Assembly (NCBI GenBank): GCA_963748825.1
Contig: CAVVKN010000023.1
Span: 32,001-96,000 of the forward strand
DNA from: Methanotrichaceae archaeon
GTDB taxonomy: Archaea; Halobacteriota; Methanosarcinia; Methanotrichales; Methanotrichaceae
Length of the DNA stretch: 64,000 nt
Direction of reading: 5' to 3'
The notes beneath the pieces were generated by a model, which saw only the letters and a list, made by a program, of their open reading frames with translations, was not told the origin of the DNA and made no database searches. The position numbers and the translations under genes were made by a program. Positions 63,677 through 64,000 of this stretch are shown here, piece by piece (the stretch's first letter is position 1; the number at the start of each line of letters is the position of its first letter).

Positions 63677-63983
63677 GAATTACTAAATCGTTTCTATGCA
63701 GAAGAGAAACATGACTAGCTCTCACTAAAATCCGCCCCCCCTCCAGACTCGCGGAAACTTTGAAGGCCTCGGCCTCCGACAGGGCTGTCTTTTCCTCTCC
63801 AGGGAGCCTCTGCGCCCCCCTGGCGAGCTGCAGGCAGGTGTTTGCTGGCCTTCTGTAGGTACCTGGCATCACTGGCCAGAAATTAATGTAATTTTTTAGG
63901 GGTCCGGAACGGGAAATTGAGCATAACAAAATTTAAATATAAACAAAGTTAGCTAGTTAAAAAGAAGATTCGAGGTTGATAAA

Positions 63984-64000
63984 ATGAGAGATCGTTTGAA
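63984..64000 (+). CDS. Probable start of a gene running off the window (MRDRL...)
   Basis: GAGGT RBS upstream and TATA-like element at 63931-63943. Only five codons are visible. Confidence 0.35.

Overview
Gene-dense archaeal chromosomal window, most consistent with a Methanothrix-like methanogen. This is an inference from archaeal EF-2/EF-1alpha/uS10, AglB, AhbB, archaeal riboflavin synthase, the minimal SufC/SufBD pair, CooC, TATA-box promoters and GGAGG/GGTGA ribosome-binding sites. It is mostly housekeeping DNA: rio2, a beta-decarboxylating dehydrogenase, heme genes (ahbB-sirC-hemA-hemB), argD-hisC-AK6, a thiC-family gene, fusA-tuf-rps10-tRNA-Arg(CCG), aspartate kinase-purM, nrdJ, ribC, trpBA, sufC-sufBD and lysA, plus signalling, redox and secreted proteins. 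Two visibly AT-rich defence islets abut housekeeping genes: an XcyI/Cfr9I-like type II restriction-modification pair 4 bp before ribC, and an ABC-ATPase + DUF4276 (TOPRIM-like) pair behind sufC-sufBD. Features missed by the ORF track include a 30-aa membrane microprotein, a doubly frameshifted aglB C-terminus, a frameshifted PGF-CTERM-like surface gene, a probable ACG start codon, several operator palindromes and several candidate structured RNAs. No CRISPR array, rRNA, integrase or intact transposase was seen. All calls come from reading motifs by eye; no database searches were run.
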